From assembly GCA_041489925.1 (NCBI GenBank), contig JBGPSD010000005.1, forward strand, positions 1,581-65,580: a DNA stretch of 64,000 nucleotides. Reading direction: 5' to 3'. Under the pieces are notes generated by a model that saw nothing but the letters and a program-made list of their open reading frames with translations, searched no databases and was not told the origin of the DNA. A program made the position numbers and the translations under genes. Below, in pieces: positions 15,880 through 24,642 of this stretch (position 1 is the first letter of the stretch; each line of letters starts with the position of its first letter). The DNA is from Candidatus Nanoarchaeia archaeon. Lineage in GTDB: Archaea; Nanobdellota; Nanobdellia; Woesearchaeales; ARS49.

Positions 15880-17049
15880 TTATAAGTTAATACCTTTTAA
15901 AAGCGCCTTAAAGTTGCCTTTTGTCGGGCTGTGCTTGTAGTGCTTTGCCCAGTGCTTTATGTCCTTAAATGGGGCAATCCTTTGCTTTGCTGCGAATGAG
16001 CAAAGCTGAGTTACATTCCTTTGCTTTTTCACCATGTGAGTCCTTTCAAAGTCAATCAGGACAATTTTTCCTTTCGGTGTCAGTATCGCGTTCTTCAAAG
16101 GTCTTAGCATTTCCTCTTTTGCAAGCCCTGCGCTGTCAAGTGTGAATGCCTGCTCAAACAATTGCCTGAATATTTTCCTTTTCAGGGCTTTGCCTGCTGT
16201 GTCAAGAACATCCTCGACATACCTTCCAGGGATGTATTCGTAAACCACAAAATCCCTTTCAGCAGCAAAGAGTTTTGGACCCAGCCCGAGTTTGTTAACA
16301 ACATTCAGCACTTTTCCCTCTTTTGCAGGCGAGTTCACAGCAGAATCAGGGCGCTTTACCTTGACAACGCAATCTTTTCCGCAGTATTTTCCCTTGTAAA
16401 CCCAGCTGCGCTTGCCCCTTGAAAAGTAGGTTGTGCCCTTTGCCCCTGATTTTTCAATCTTTTTCAGCAATGCAGACTTTGTAATCCTGTAAACAAACAG
16501 GTCCTCAAAGAAAATGTGAAGCCTGCCAAGCTCCCTGAACTCGAAAAGGTTCTGCCTTATTGACTGCTCAATGTGGTCTTTTCCGCTAAGCGAGGAAAAC
16601 AGGAGCAAAATCACTCCATCAGCCGAAAGAAACGCGTTTGCGCTTTTCAAAAACCGCACAATTGTCTCATATCCTTTCTTTCCGCCTTCAAGCGCAACGT
16701 CCCTTTCAGGCAGCGCCGACCTGCTGGTCGGCTGGTCTGAGCTCGCTGATGCTCGCTCAGGCAGTTCCTGCGGAAGATAAGGGGGATTAAAAATTATTGT
16801 GTCAAATTCGCCCTTTACTTTTGAAAACAAATTGCTCTGCAGGCATTTTATCTTTTTGTTCCTGATATTCTTTTTGCAATGTGAGACAACAGCAGGATTG
16901 ATATCGACGGCAAGCACTGACGTTGCCTTTTTTGCAGCAGCCAGCGCCTGTATTCCTGAGCCAGTGCCCATGTCAAGGGCTCTGCCTTTTGCAAGCCTCT
17001 TGACGTGCTTTTCAAGCAATAAGGAGTCCTCTTTTGGCGGGTAAATCAT
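15880..17049 (-). CDS. HemK/Mtq2-like glutamine methyltransferase fused to a small protein-kinase-like (Bud32/RIO-like) domain
   Basis: N-terminal half: SAM motif DMGTGSGI and catalytic IIFNPPY. C-terminal half: glycine-rich GAKGTTYFSRGKRSWVYKG, VVKVKRP, and KNAIL...LIDFE resembling a kinase catalytic/DFG-like region. A 4-nt overlap links it to the downstream lipoprotein gene. Confidence 0.7.
   Translation of the reverse strand: MIYPPKEDSLLLEKHVKRLAKGRALDMGTGSGIQALAAAKKATSVLAVDINPAVVSHCKKNIRNKKIKCLQSNLFSKVKGEFDTIIFNPPYLPQELPERASASSDQPTSRSALPERDVALEGGKKGYETIVRFLKSANAFLSADGVILLLFSSLSGKDHIEQSIRQNLFEFRELGRLHIFFEDLFVYRITKSALLKKIEKSGAKGTTYFSRGKRSWVYKGKYCGKDCVVKVKRPDSAVNSPAKEGKVLNVVNKLGLGPKLFAAERDFVVYEYIPGRYVEDVLDTAGKALKRKIFRQLFEQAFTLDSAGLAKEEMLRPLKNAILTPKGKIVLIDFERTHMVKKQRNVTQLCSFAAKQRIAPFKDIKHWAKHYKHSPTKGNFKALLKGINL
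16706..16764 (-). repeat. structured insertion E2, in frame inside the methyltransferase-kinase gene
   Basis: Sense strand: CTGCCTGA | GCGAGCATCAGCGAGCTCAGACCAGCCGACCAGCAGGTCGGCG | CTGCCTGA. An 8-nt direct repeat flanks 43 nt, adding 17 codons (RASASSDQPTSRSALPE) between duplicated LPE(R) codons just after the NPPY loop. Confidence 0.75.
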
Positions 17050-17960
17050 GGTAAAGCGTCGCAGATAAAGCCTGTCAACAGGTAGTCGTTGATATTGCCC
17101 TTGAAGTATTCGTGATACATTATCCAGCTCTGGCCGTCAAAAATGACAGGCAGTTTCCTGAACCTTGTGCAGAACAGGAAGACATTGAATGCCTTTGATG
17201 TGGTTTCGAAGTCTTTTGGATTTTCGCACTTGAAATCATTCTGCTGGACATTGCTTACCAGCGTGATTGCTGTCGGACCGTAATTGACAGTTTCTTTCAG
17301 CCCGTACATCGGGCCGCTCAGGGATGAAAGCAGGCTGTAGCGCCAGTAGCCAATCACAATGTAATCATCCTGCCGCCTTATCATCCCAAGCCTGCCCTCG
17401 TCATCATAGCGCATGTCTGTCTCAATCCTGTTCTTGTACATTGCCTTTGTGCGGTTAAGCGTGTCATACTCAAACTCTGTTGATGCGCCGCTGTCCCTTG
17501 TGACACTGCTGAGCCTTCCTTTTGAGTCATAAGTGACCCCAACCCTTTCGCCGTCTTCCATTGTAATCAGGTTGCCCTTGGAGTTGTACGTGAACAGCCA
17601 CTTCCTAATCCCCTGTTCAGCGCGTGAAAGCCGCATATTGCCGTCATAATAAAACCTGATTGGCTTCACTCCGTTATCAATTGAAAGCAGCTTGTGGTCC
17701 AGATATTCAAGGACGATTGTTTTTTCAGAGGTGTTGAGCAGAACAAGGTCGCCTATTTCGTTATAGCCCCAGACAATCTGCTCAACCCCGCGCGTCTGCA
17801 GGACTGTTGTTGCAGGAACAGGAATAACGCGCTCTGGTGTCGCGTTAATCACAGGCGCCTGATTTTGCTTTACCTTCTGGACAATTGTCGGTGGTGCCTG
17901 GTATTCTGGCACGCAGGCAACAAGAAGCAACACTGCCAGCAATATGCAGAGCTTTTTCAT
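17046..17960 (-). CDS. YD-repeat lipoprotein
   Basis: Signal peptide with lipobox LLVAC. Has YD/RHS-type repeats (YDSKGRLSSV, FEYDTLNR, YDDEGRLG). Confidence 0.7.
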   Translation of the reverse strand: MKKLCILLAVLLLVACVPEYQAPPTIVQKVKQNQAPVINATPERVIPVPATTVLQTRGVEQIVWGYNEIGDLVLLNTSEKTIVLEYLDHKLLSIDNGVKPIRFYYDGNMRLSRAEQGIRKWLFTYNSKGNLITMEDGERVGVTYDSKGRLSSVTRDSGASTEFEYDTLNRTKAMYKNRIETDMRYDDEGRLGMIRRQDDYIVIGYWRYSLLSSLSGPMYGLKETVNYGPTAITLVSNVQQNDFKCENPKDFETTSKAFNVFLFCTRFRKLPVIFDGQSWIMYHEYFKGNINDYLLTGFICDALP

Positions 17961-17961
17961 A

Positions 17962-18903
17962 TTAGAAAGGCTTGAACAGCCAGAACCATATCCTGCGGAA
18001 GAATCCTGTGGGCTTGTACTTTATTGTGCCGTCCTCAAGCATTGTGACAATTGTTTCTGTGCGCTTGTCAGACGCCTTTATCTTTCCAAGGGTTTCCTCT
18101 GAAATCCACATTTCCATTGAGGTGTCATTAAGCGGATAAGGATGAACTTCCTGCACAACCGTCTCCCTTGTGACAACGCTCGCAACATATTCATTGCTAT
18201 CAGCCATCGTGATGTAAACATTGATGTCCTCTGCGTCAAAGTACTCCAGCTGTTCAGGAATGACCTCGCCAATGTAATCTTCAAGGACAAATCCTGCCAG
18301 TTCTGTCTTTGCGCCATTCCTTGTTATGTCCTCAAGCGTTGGAACAGACAAATTGTCAGTTGTAACATTATACTGCACAGGAGTCAGGTTCAAATCAGTT
18401 TCCAGCCTGATGCAGCTGCAGTTCTGGCAAACCCGCCCCTTGGGGCAGTCATCATCAGCCTCGCAGTCCTCATTTCCCTCAACCTTTTTATCGCCGCACG
18501 TTGAAAGCTTGATTATCGGCCCTGTCGGAATGCAGTCGCAGGTCTTGTTGTCGCATCTCAGGTCAATCCCGATAGCCATTGAAATGTTCGGGCAGAAGTC
18601 AATTGGCGCCTCCTTTTTTCCAGGGTCGCACATCTCAACACCCTCCCTTATTCCATTGCCGCAGTCTTTTGCACTGCGGTCAGGAAGGCAGTTGCAGGTC
18701 TTTTCATTGCAGACCAGCGCTATCTTGAGAATTTTTCCTATTGCAGGGCAGAGGTCATAAGCAGTCTCAGGCTCGCAGACCTCATATCCCTCCCTGATTC
18801 CATTCCCGCACTTCTGCTCTGTCAATGAAGAAGGGATAATGCTTGCTGATGCCGCAAGAGCAAGCACTGTGAATGCCAAAATCATTATTGCCGCGAGTTT
18901 CAT
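17962..18903 (-). CDS. secreted protein with CGNG-type cysteine-rich repeats
   Basis: Trimmed to MKLAAIMILAF... (signal peptide). Three repeats of CG(N/D)-x4-G-x-E-x-C(E/D) (CGNGIREGYEVCEP, CGNGIREGVEMCDP, CGDKKVEGNEDCEA), like the myxococcal cysteine-rich repeat. Confidence 0.65.
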   Translation of the reverse strand: MKLAAIMILAFTVLALAASASIIPSSLTEQKCGNGIREGYEVCEPETAYDLCPAIGKILKIALVCNEKTCNCLPDRSAKDCGNGIREGVEMCDPGKKEAPIDFCPNISMAIGIDLRCDNKTCDCIPTGPIIKLSTCGDKKVEGNEDCEADDDCPKGRVCQNCSCIRLETDLNLTPVQYNVTTDNLSVPTLEDITRNGAKTELAGFVLEDYIGEVIPEQLEYFDAEDINVYITMADSNEYVASVVTRETVVQEVHPYPLNDTSMEMWISEETLGKIKASDKRTETIVTMLEDGTIKYKPTGFFRRIWFWLFKPF

Positions 18904-18904
18904 T

Positions 18905-19687
18905 TTAACCAAACCAGCTTCCAATCCATCTGAAGAACCGCTTTACAGCGTTAGATATTCCCCTTGTTATCCCCACACCATTTGAATTGTCAAGGTCCTC
19001 TGTAGGCAATGGCGCCCTGTCTTCAGGAGCCTGTTCAGCAGGCGGTGTTGTTGGAGCAGGAGGCTGTACTGCAGGAGGAGGTGTTGCGGGCTGTGCTGGC
19101 GGAGGGGTTGCTGGCGGTGTTGTTGTCGTCTGAGTCACGTTCTGCACAGGCGTTGTTTCCTCAACCTTTGCCGTGCTGCCCAATGCCTTGCACTGGCATC
19201 CTCCAAATCCCTGGTCATTTGGCCTTGTGCACTGCCCTATGTTGCTGTTGGCATCATAACAAATCTTGTCAGGGGGGTCGCACTGCTCTCCTGCGTTAAC
19301 TTTATGGTCTCCGCACCTTGGAGGCTCAACTACATTTGCCTTTGTCGCATTTGCCCCTGTGCCTGCCTTTCCAATGCACTCTCCATCCTCGCACTTTGTG
19401 TAGCCATAGCGCGTACAGTCATAATCCTTGTACTTACGCAGGACAATGCTATTTTCAGTTACACAATAATACTCGCGCACCCATGGGCTTGTCGCGATGT
19501 GGTAGCCGTCTTCTCCGCTGACACACTCGTCAAACTTTTCCGTAAGCCCGTAAGTCACAGAGCCTTTTTCGCCTATGTACGGCTCTGCCTCTGAGCCTCC
19601 GCTGTCAGAGTCAGTGCAGTCAACCGCAAAGGCAGGAATAGAACAAACCAGGAGGAATAATACTGTGATTACAGGCAGTTTTCTCAT
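18905..19687 (-). CDS. secreted Cys-rich protein with Pro/Thr-rich linker
   Basis: Trimmed to MRKLPVITVLFLLVCSIPAFA (signal peptide). Has a CTDSD...YYC...C-x-DGEC module, CGDHKVNAGEQCDP, and a tail rich in TPPA/PPPA. Confidence 0.6.
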   Translation of the reverse strand: MRKLPVITVLFLLVCSIPAFAVDCTDSDSGGSEAEPYIGEKGSVTYGLTEKFDECVSGEDGYHIATSPWVREYYCVTENSIVLRKYKDYDCTRYGYTKCEDGECIGKAGTGANATKANVVEPPRCGDHKVNAGEQCDPPDKICYDANSNIGQCTRPNDQGFGGCQCKALGSTAKVEETTPVQNVTQTTTTPPATPPPAQPATPPPAVQPPAPTTPPAEQAPEDRAPLPTEDLDNSNGVGITRGISNAVKRFFRWIGSWFG

Positions 19688-19724
19688 ATCCCCTGCCGAG
19701 AACACAGCAGTATAAATATTTTAC

Positions 19725-19877
19725 TTAAAGCGCAAGAACAAGCCCTGTGATTGCAACGACAACAACAGCGCCGACAACTGCGGCGATAATGTGCCAGTCT
19801 GCCTTTTTCCTCTTCTCAAGAAGCTCCTCTATCTCCTTCATCGTTGACTTCCTGACGCGGACATACTCCATTGTCAT
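19725..19877 (-). CDS. possible small tail-anchored membrane protein
   Basis: Manual translation: MTMEYVRVRKSTMKEIEELLEKRKKADWHIIAAVVGAVVVVAITGLVLAL. Below the track cutoff, no homology evidence. Confidence 0.3.
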   Translation of the reverse strand: MTMEYVRVRKSTMKEIEELLEKRKKADWHIIAAVVGAVVVVAITGLVLAL

Positions 19878-20035
19878 AAGTGTGTTAAGAATAATGTCTT
19901 TCACTCATATCCCTCTTTTTGTCATCAATTGGTTACGCTGTGGTCCTTCATGAGCAAATAACTTGCTTTTAAGTATTGTTGTTCTCTAATATATATTTCA
20001 CAACATTTAAATAGCATGTTTATGTCTCTATTATA

Positions 20036-20419
20036 ATGGTATTCCCGCATAAAATTATGCCTCAGATGAAAAAAGCGATTAGCGCCCTTCAGGCAAAGCC
20101 AGACTTGTGGGGGGGAGACGGGAGCAACAGGAAGCTTAATGTCGAGGTTCTTGAGGAGATTGCGGCAAACCATCTTTTCGATAAATTGCATGATTTGTTG
20201 GGAATAACTGAGCGTAATGGGTTGTGCATCATGGCATATTTTCAGGATGTAAGTGCACGCTCATATCAATTTGTTGTTGACCTGCACAAGGCATTTCCAT
20301 CCCTTGCAAATGAAAGGCAAGAGTATGTGAGCCGCGTTAATTATTACAGGTCGCTTCACCGCCTGCCTCAGGTGAATTTGCCCACTGAAAAAAGGCCTGT
20401 GATGAAGCGCGCCGACTAA
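20036..20419 (+). CDS. hypothetical protein
   Basis: 127-aa ORF in an AT-rich patch. No motif recognised. Confidence 0.35.
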   Translation: MVFPHKIMPQMKKAISALQAKPDLWGGDGSNRKLNVEVLEEIAANHLFDKLHDLLGITERNGLCIMAYFQDVSARSYQFVVDLHKAFPSLANERQEYVSRVNYYRSLHRLPQVNLPTEKRPVMKRAD

Positions 20420-20471
20420 CCGCAACGTTTTGCTGAAGGTTTATAATGACCCTGCTTTTTGTGAAATTTCT

Positions 20472-21446
20472 ATGGGGGAGAATCCAGTATTGCAGTCAAC
20501 AAAAGGGATTGTTGAGAATGCACACTATATACAAATCCATTATAAAAAGCTAGCAGAAACTGCCCAAATGTTTGCCCAGGAAGAATTAAAAATACCGGCC
20601 TGGGAGGAGCCTGTATATCTCGAAGGCAAAGATGAACGGGTTATTGACTTCTTCCTGCTGGGCAACTCAATGAATTTTGCATTTACTGACTTTACCACTT
20701 TTGAAAAATTCAAAACCACTTACAAAGGGCAGGAATGGCGCGGCTCAATGGGAATGTGGGCATGCCTGACGCGGGCCATAGAAAAAGGCTGGCCTGTTTT
20801 AGACGCGCACTATCTCAAACAAGTGTCTTACAATGATGTATCACGCATTATTTTCGAAGGAAACACACCAATTCCGTTATTGGAAGAACGAACACGCATC
20901 TTCCGAGAGGTGGGCAGGGTATTGCTGGAAAAATATGACGGCCATTTTCACAATCTTGTTGCAAAGTCAAAAAACCGGCTGTTTAATCGTGGAGAAGGCA
21001 TTGTTGAGCGATTAACCAATGATTTTCTGTCCTTTGATGATTCTGTCATGTACCAAGGAAAGCAGGTGCATTTTAACAAGAGGGCGCAATTGGCGCCTGC
21101 AATGCTTTATGGCAGGTTCCAAAATCAAAGCCCCTTCAGAGTCGATGACATTGGTGAACTGACAGTTTTTGCTGATTATGTTCTTCCGCAAAGCCTGAGG
21201 CATTTGGGAATTTTTGAATATGCCCCCTCACTTGCGCAAAAAGTTGACCAGCAAAAGCTAATTCCTGCAAACTCGCAGGAAGAACTTGAACTAAGGGCCT
21301 GCACTATCCACGCTGCTGATTTTCTTGTAAAGAGAATTAACCAGATACGGCCTGATAAAAAAGTCAATGCATTGCACATTGATTACCAATTGTGGGCTAA
21401 CAGGGGCAAAGGAAACCATCATTTAACTGTCACAACAGCCTATTAA
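20472..21446 (+). CDS. Qng1/DUF2419-like protein (queuosine salvage family)
   Basis: Track ORF begins at a TTG; trimmed to the first ATG (MGENPVLQST...). Recognised from memory of family features (DFFLLGNSMNFAF, WRGSMGMWACL, FNKRAQL); needs an HMM check. Confidence 0.6.
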   Translation: MGENPVLQSTKGIVENAHYIQIHYKKLAETAQMFAQEELKIPAWEEPVYLEGKDERVIDFFLLGNSMNFAFTDFTTFEKFKTTYKGQEWRGSMGMWACLTRAIEKGWPVLDAHYLKQVSYNDVSRIIFEGNTPIPLLEERTRIFREVGRVLLEKYDGHFHNLVAKSKNRLFNRGEGIVERLTNDFLSFDDSVMYQGKQVHFNKRAQLAPAMLYGRFQNQSPFRVDDIGELTVFADYVLPQSLRHLGIFEYAPSLAQKVDQQKLIPANSQEELELRACTIHAADFLVKRINQIRPDKKVNALHIDYQLWANRGKGNHHLTVTTAY

Positions 21447-24400
21447 GCCTTGTCAAAGTGTATTGAGAACTCTTTGTCCTTGACTGTTTCCTCGCTTGTG
21501 TGCGCGTGCTTCCTTGAAAGCGGAAGGTCTGTGAGCTTCAATGCCTTTGCGCCGACTTTTTCCTTTATCGCAGACTCCCATGGCTGGAGCATCGCGAGGA
21601 AATTCTTGTCTGCATGGATGACCAGCATTATCTGGTCGCGCTTGTCCAGTCCAGCGTCCTTTCTCAAAGACTGCACGCGCCTCATTATCTCCCTTGCAAA
21701 TCCTTCGGCTTCCAGCTGCTCATTCCTTGTTGTGTCCAGGTAAACAATGAAGTCCTTTGCCTCCATTGCAACAATGTGCTTTGGAACCTGCCTTTCAACA
21801 ATTATGTGCTCTGGATTCAGGTCAAACTTTTCAGCGCCTACTTTCAAAGTGAACTTTTTGTCCTTTGACATTGCGTTCAGGATGCTCTGGCTGCTTTCCT
21901 CTGCCAGCTTTGCGATTATGTGCGGCGCTTTCGCGGCAAATGCCTTTCCAAGCGCTCCCTGATTTGCCTTTACTATCTCTTTTATCTCCTCAAATGAAGC
22001 TTCAGCGTGGATTTCCTTTGCATTGACCTGTGTCTTTATGATTGGCTTGAGCGCCTCTGCTGCCTTCAAAATGTCCTCGTTTGAGCTGACAATGTGGATG
22101 CATTTGACAGGCCATCTGAGTGAAATCTTTGCCTTTTCGCGCGCTGCCAAAGCTGCTTCTATGATTTTGCCTGCTGTCTGCATGCTGCTTTCAAGTGGCG
22201 CATTGATTTTCTTCCTGTCTGCAGAAGGCCAGGGGCACAGGTGGACTGATTCCTCTGGCAGCTTGAACGCAGCCCTCATATCCTGATACATCTGCTCTGT
22301 GATGAACGGAACAACAGGAGCCAAAATCTTCAAAGTCTCAAGCATTATGTGGTAAAGAGTGTACAAAACAACTTCCTTGTCATTGTCATTTCCAACAGCC
22401 GCCTTGTCGCGGACCAGCTGCACATAAGTCCTGCTGAGCCCAAGGAACAGCTCTTCAATCAGCCCAGGAATCTCGTTAAGATGATATTTTTCAAACTTGT
22501 CTGTGACAGCGAGTATTGTGCTGTTCAGCTTTGACATTATGTACCTTTCCTCGTCAGCGAACATTGCTTCCATAACTTTCGGGTCTGAATCAGCAGGATT
22601 TTTGCCCTGTGTCTTTGCCAAATCAACCAGGAAATTGTGAAGGTTCCACAAAATTATCAGGTTCTTGTACTTTAGCTTTGCATCCTCATGGTTGTAATTC
22701 AGGTCAAGCCCGGGGTTTGCAGCGCCAATCATGTAGAAGCGGAATGTGTCAGCGCCATACTGGTCAACAATTTCCTTCGGTTCAATGTAATTTCCAAGGG
22801 ACTTTGACATCTTCCTGCCAAGCGCGTCCTGGATGAAGCCGTGCATGTAAACATTCTTGTAGCTCTGCCTGTCTAATGCAATAACGCCTGCGACCATGAG
22901 CATGTTAAACCAGCCGCGAATCTGGTCCTTGCCTTCCAAAATAAACTCTGCAGGGAACAAATTGTCAAACAAGTCCTTTCTTTTTGGATAATAAAGGCAG
23001 TTCCAGCTTACTGTGCCTGCGTCAACCCAGACGTCAAGAATGTCAGGAATGCGCTGCATCTTCTGGCCGCACTTGCACGGTATTTCATGCCTGTCAATCC
23101 AGGGGCGGTGGAGCTCAACTATTTTCTTGTTTGACTTTTTCTCAAGCTCTTCAACAGTTGAAATTACCTCATACTCGCCGCAGGCAGGGCACTTCCAAAT
23201 CGGAACAGGCGTCCCCCAGTAGTTCTGCTTTGTGATGCTGTTGTCTCTTAAGTTTTTCAGCCAGGAATCAAATGCATTGTACGCAGCCTGAGGCACCCAA
23301 TTTGTCTTGTTGTTAATCTCAATCATCTTTGGCTTTAGGTCTTCCACCTTGAAGAACCACTGATTTGTCGTGCGGAAGACAACAGGATTATGGCACCTCT
23401 GGCAGTGCGCGTATTCGTGCTCAACAGGAGCCTGGTCAATCAGTGCTCCGCGCTTTTTCAATGCATCAACAAACTTTTTGTCATCTTTTTTCGCTATGAG
23501 CCCTGCGAATTCGCCCATGCTTTCGGGGAACTTTCCATGCTCGTCAATGTTGTTCCACGCCGGAATCTTGTTCCTGTGGCCGACTTCATAGTCTTCTGGG
23601 CCGCAGCCAGGAGCGCAGTGGACCAATCCTGAGCCTGCGCTTGTGTCAACATACTCAGATGAGAGAAGGATTGTGTGAGTCTTTGGCGATTCTGCCTCGA
23701 TTTTCTTGTATTCCGCGATTATGTCCTCGAACGGATGGATGTATTTCACTCCCTCAAGCCTTGTGCCCTTGAAAGTCTCAAGTATTTTCGGGAAAACATT
23801 GGCTATCCCCTGCACAATCACGTTTGCCAGAGCCTTTGCGAGAATCCAGACATCATTGTTGACCTGCACACGAACGTAATCAAGGTCAGGGTTTACCATC
23901 ACTGCAAGATTGAAAGGGATTGTCCACGGAGTTGTTGTCCAGATTACAAGGTATTCATTCGGCTTGTCTTTGATTCTGAACTTGACAAAGATTGAGTTTT
24001 CCTTTACATTTTCATATTCCAGCTCGTGCTTTGCCAGGTTTGTCTCGCAGCTGGCGCACCAGGGCATTGTCCTCAAGCCCTGGTAGAGCCTTCCCTGCTC
24101 TTCTGCCTTCTTGATAAGCATCCATTCGCCTTCAATAAACTCCCTGCTTATCGGTATGTACGCCTGGTCAAAGTCCATCCAGACTCCAAGGCGCTCAAAT
24201 GTCTTGTTCATCTGCTGCATTTTTTCAACAGCAAACTCTTCGCATTCCTTGTTGTACTTTTCAAGCCCAAACGCTTCAATATCCCTTTTCAGTACAAGAT
24301 TGTGCTTTTTCCTGATGTTGTTCTCTGTCGGCAGGCCGTGCATGTCATAGCCTGCGCGGTCCCAGACATCAAAGCCCTTCATCCTCTTGTAGCGCAGGAC

Positions 24401-24592
24401 AAGGTCTTTCATTGCCTTGTTCCGCGCTGTGCCGATGTGCACAGTCCCTGATGTGTAAGGCGGGCCGTCAAGGAAATAGTATTTTTTCTTGCCTTCACCG
24501 CGCTTTTTTGCCTTTTCGTAAACCTGCTCGCGCTCCCAGAACTTCATTATTTCAGGCTCGCTCTTGACAGGGTTATAAGCATCAGTTGCCAT
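21443..24592 (-). CDS. ileS: isoleucine--tRNA ligase
   Basis: HIGH-type motif PPYTSGTVHIGTARN and KMSKS. Trimmed to MATDAYNPVK... (Met24 of the track ORF). Confidence 0.96.
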   Translation of the reverse strand: MATDAYNPVKSEPEIMKFWEREQVYEKAKKRGEGKKKYYFLDGPPYTSGTVHIGTARNKAMKDLVLRYKRMKGFDVWDRAGYDMHGLPTENNIRKKHNLVLKRDIEAFGLEKYNKECEEFAVEKMQQMNKTFERLGVWMDFDQAYIPISREFIEGEWMLIKKAEEQGRLYQGLRTMPWCASCETNLAKHELEYENVKENSIFVKFRIKDKPNEYLVIWTTTPWTIPFNLAVMVNPDLDYVRVQVNNDVWILAKALANVIVQGIANVFPKILETFKGTRLEGVKYIHPFEDIIAEYKKIEAESPKTHTILLSSEYVDTSAGSGLVHCAPGCGPEDYEVGHRNKIPAWNNIDEHGKFPESMGEFAGLIAKKDDKKFVDALKKRGALIDQAPVEHEYAHCQRCHNPVVFRTTNQWFFKVEDLKPKMIEINNKTNWVPQAAYNAFDSWLKNLRDNSITKQNYWGTPVPIWKCPACGEYEVISTVEELEKKSNKKIVELHRPWIDRHEIPCKCGQKMQRIPDILDVWVDAGTVSWNCLYYPKRKDLFDNLFPAEFILEGKDQIRGWFNMLMVAGVIALDRQSYKNVYMHGFIQDALGRKMSKSLGNYIEPKEIVDQYGADTFRFYMIGAANPGLDLNYNHEDAKLKYKNLIILWNLHNFLVDLAKTQGKNPADSDPKVMEAMFADEERYIMSKLNSTILAVTDKFEKYHLNEIPGLIEELFLGLSRTYVQLVRDKAAVGNDNDKEVVLYTLYHIMLETLKILAPVVPFITEQMYQDMRAAFKLPEESVHLCPWPSADRKKINAPLESSMQTAGKIIEAALAAREKAKISLRWPVKCIHIVSSNEDILKAAEALKPIIKTQVNAKEIHAEASFEEIKEIVKANQGALGKAFAAKAPHIIAKLAEESSQSILNAMSKDKKFTLKVGAEKFDLNPEHIIVERQVPKHIVAMEAKDFIVYLDTTRNEQLEAEGFAREIMRRVQSLRKDAGLDKRDQIMLVIHADKNFLAMLQPWESAIKEKVGAKALKLTDLPLSRKHAHTSEETVKDKEFSIHFDKA

Positions 24593-24642
24593 AATCAGGA
24601 TGCCATCAACAGGGATATAAAAAGGTTGCCTGCTTTTTTCAG

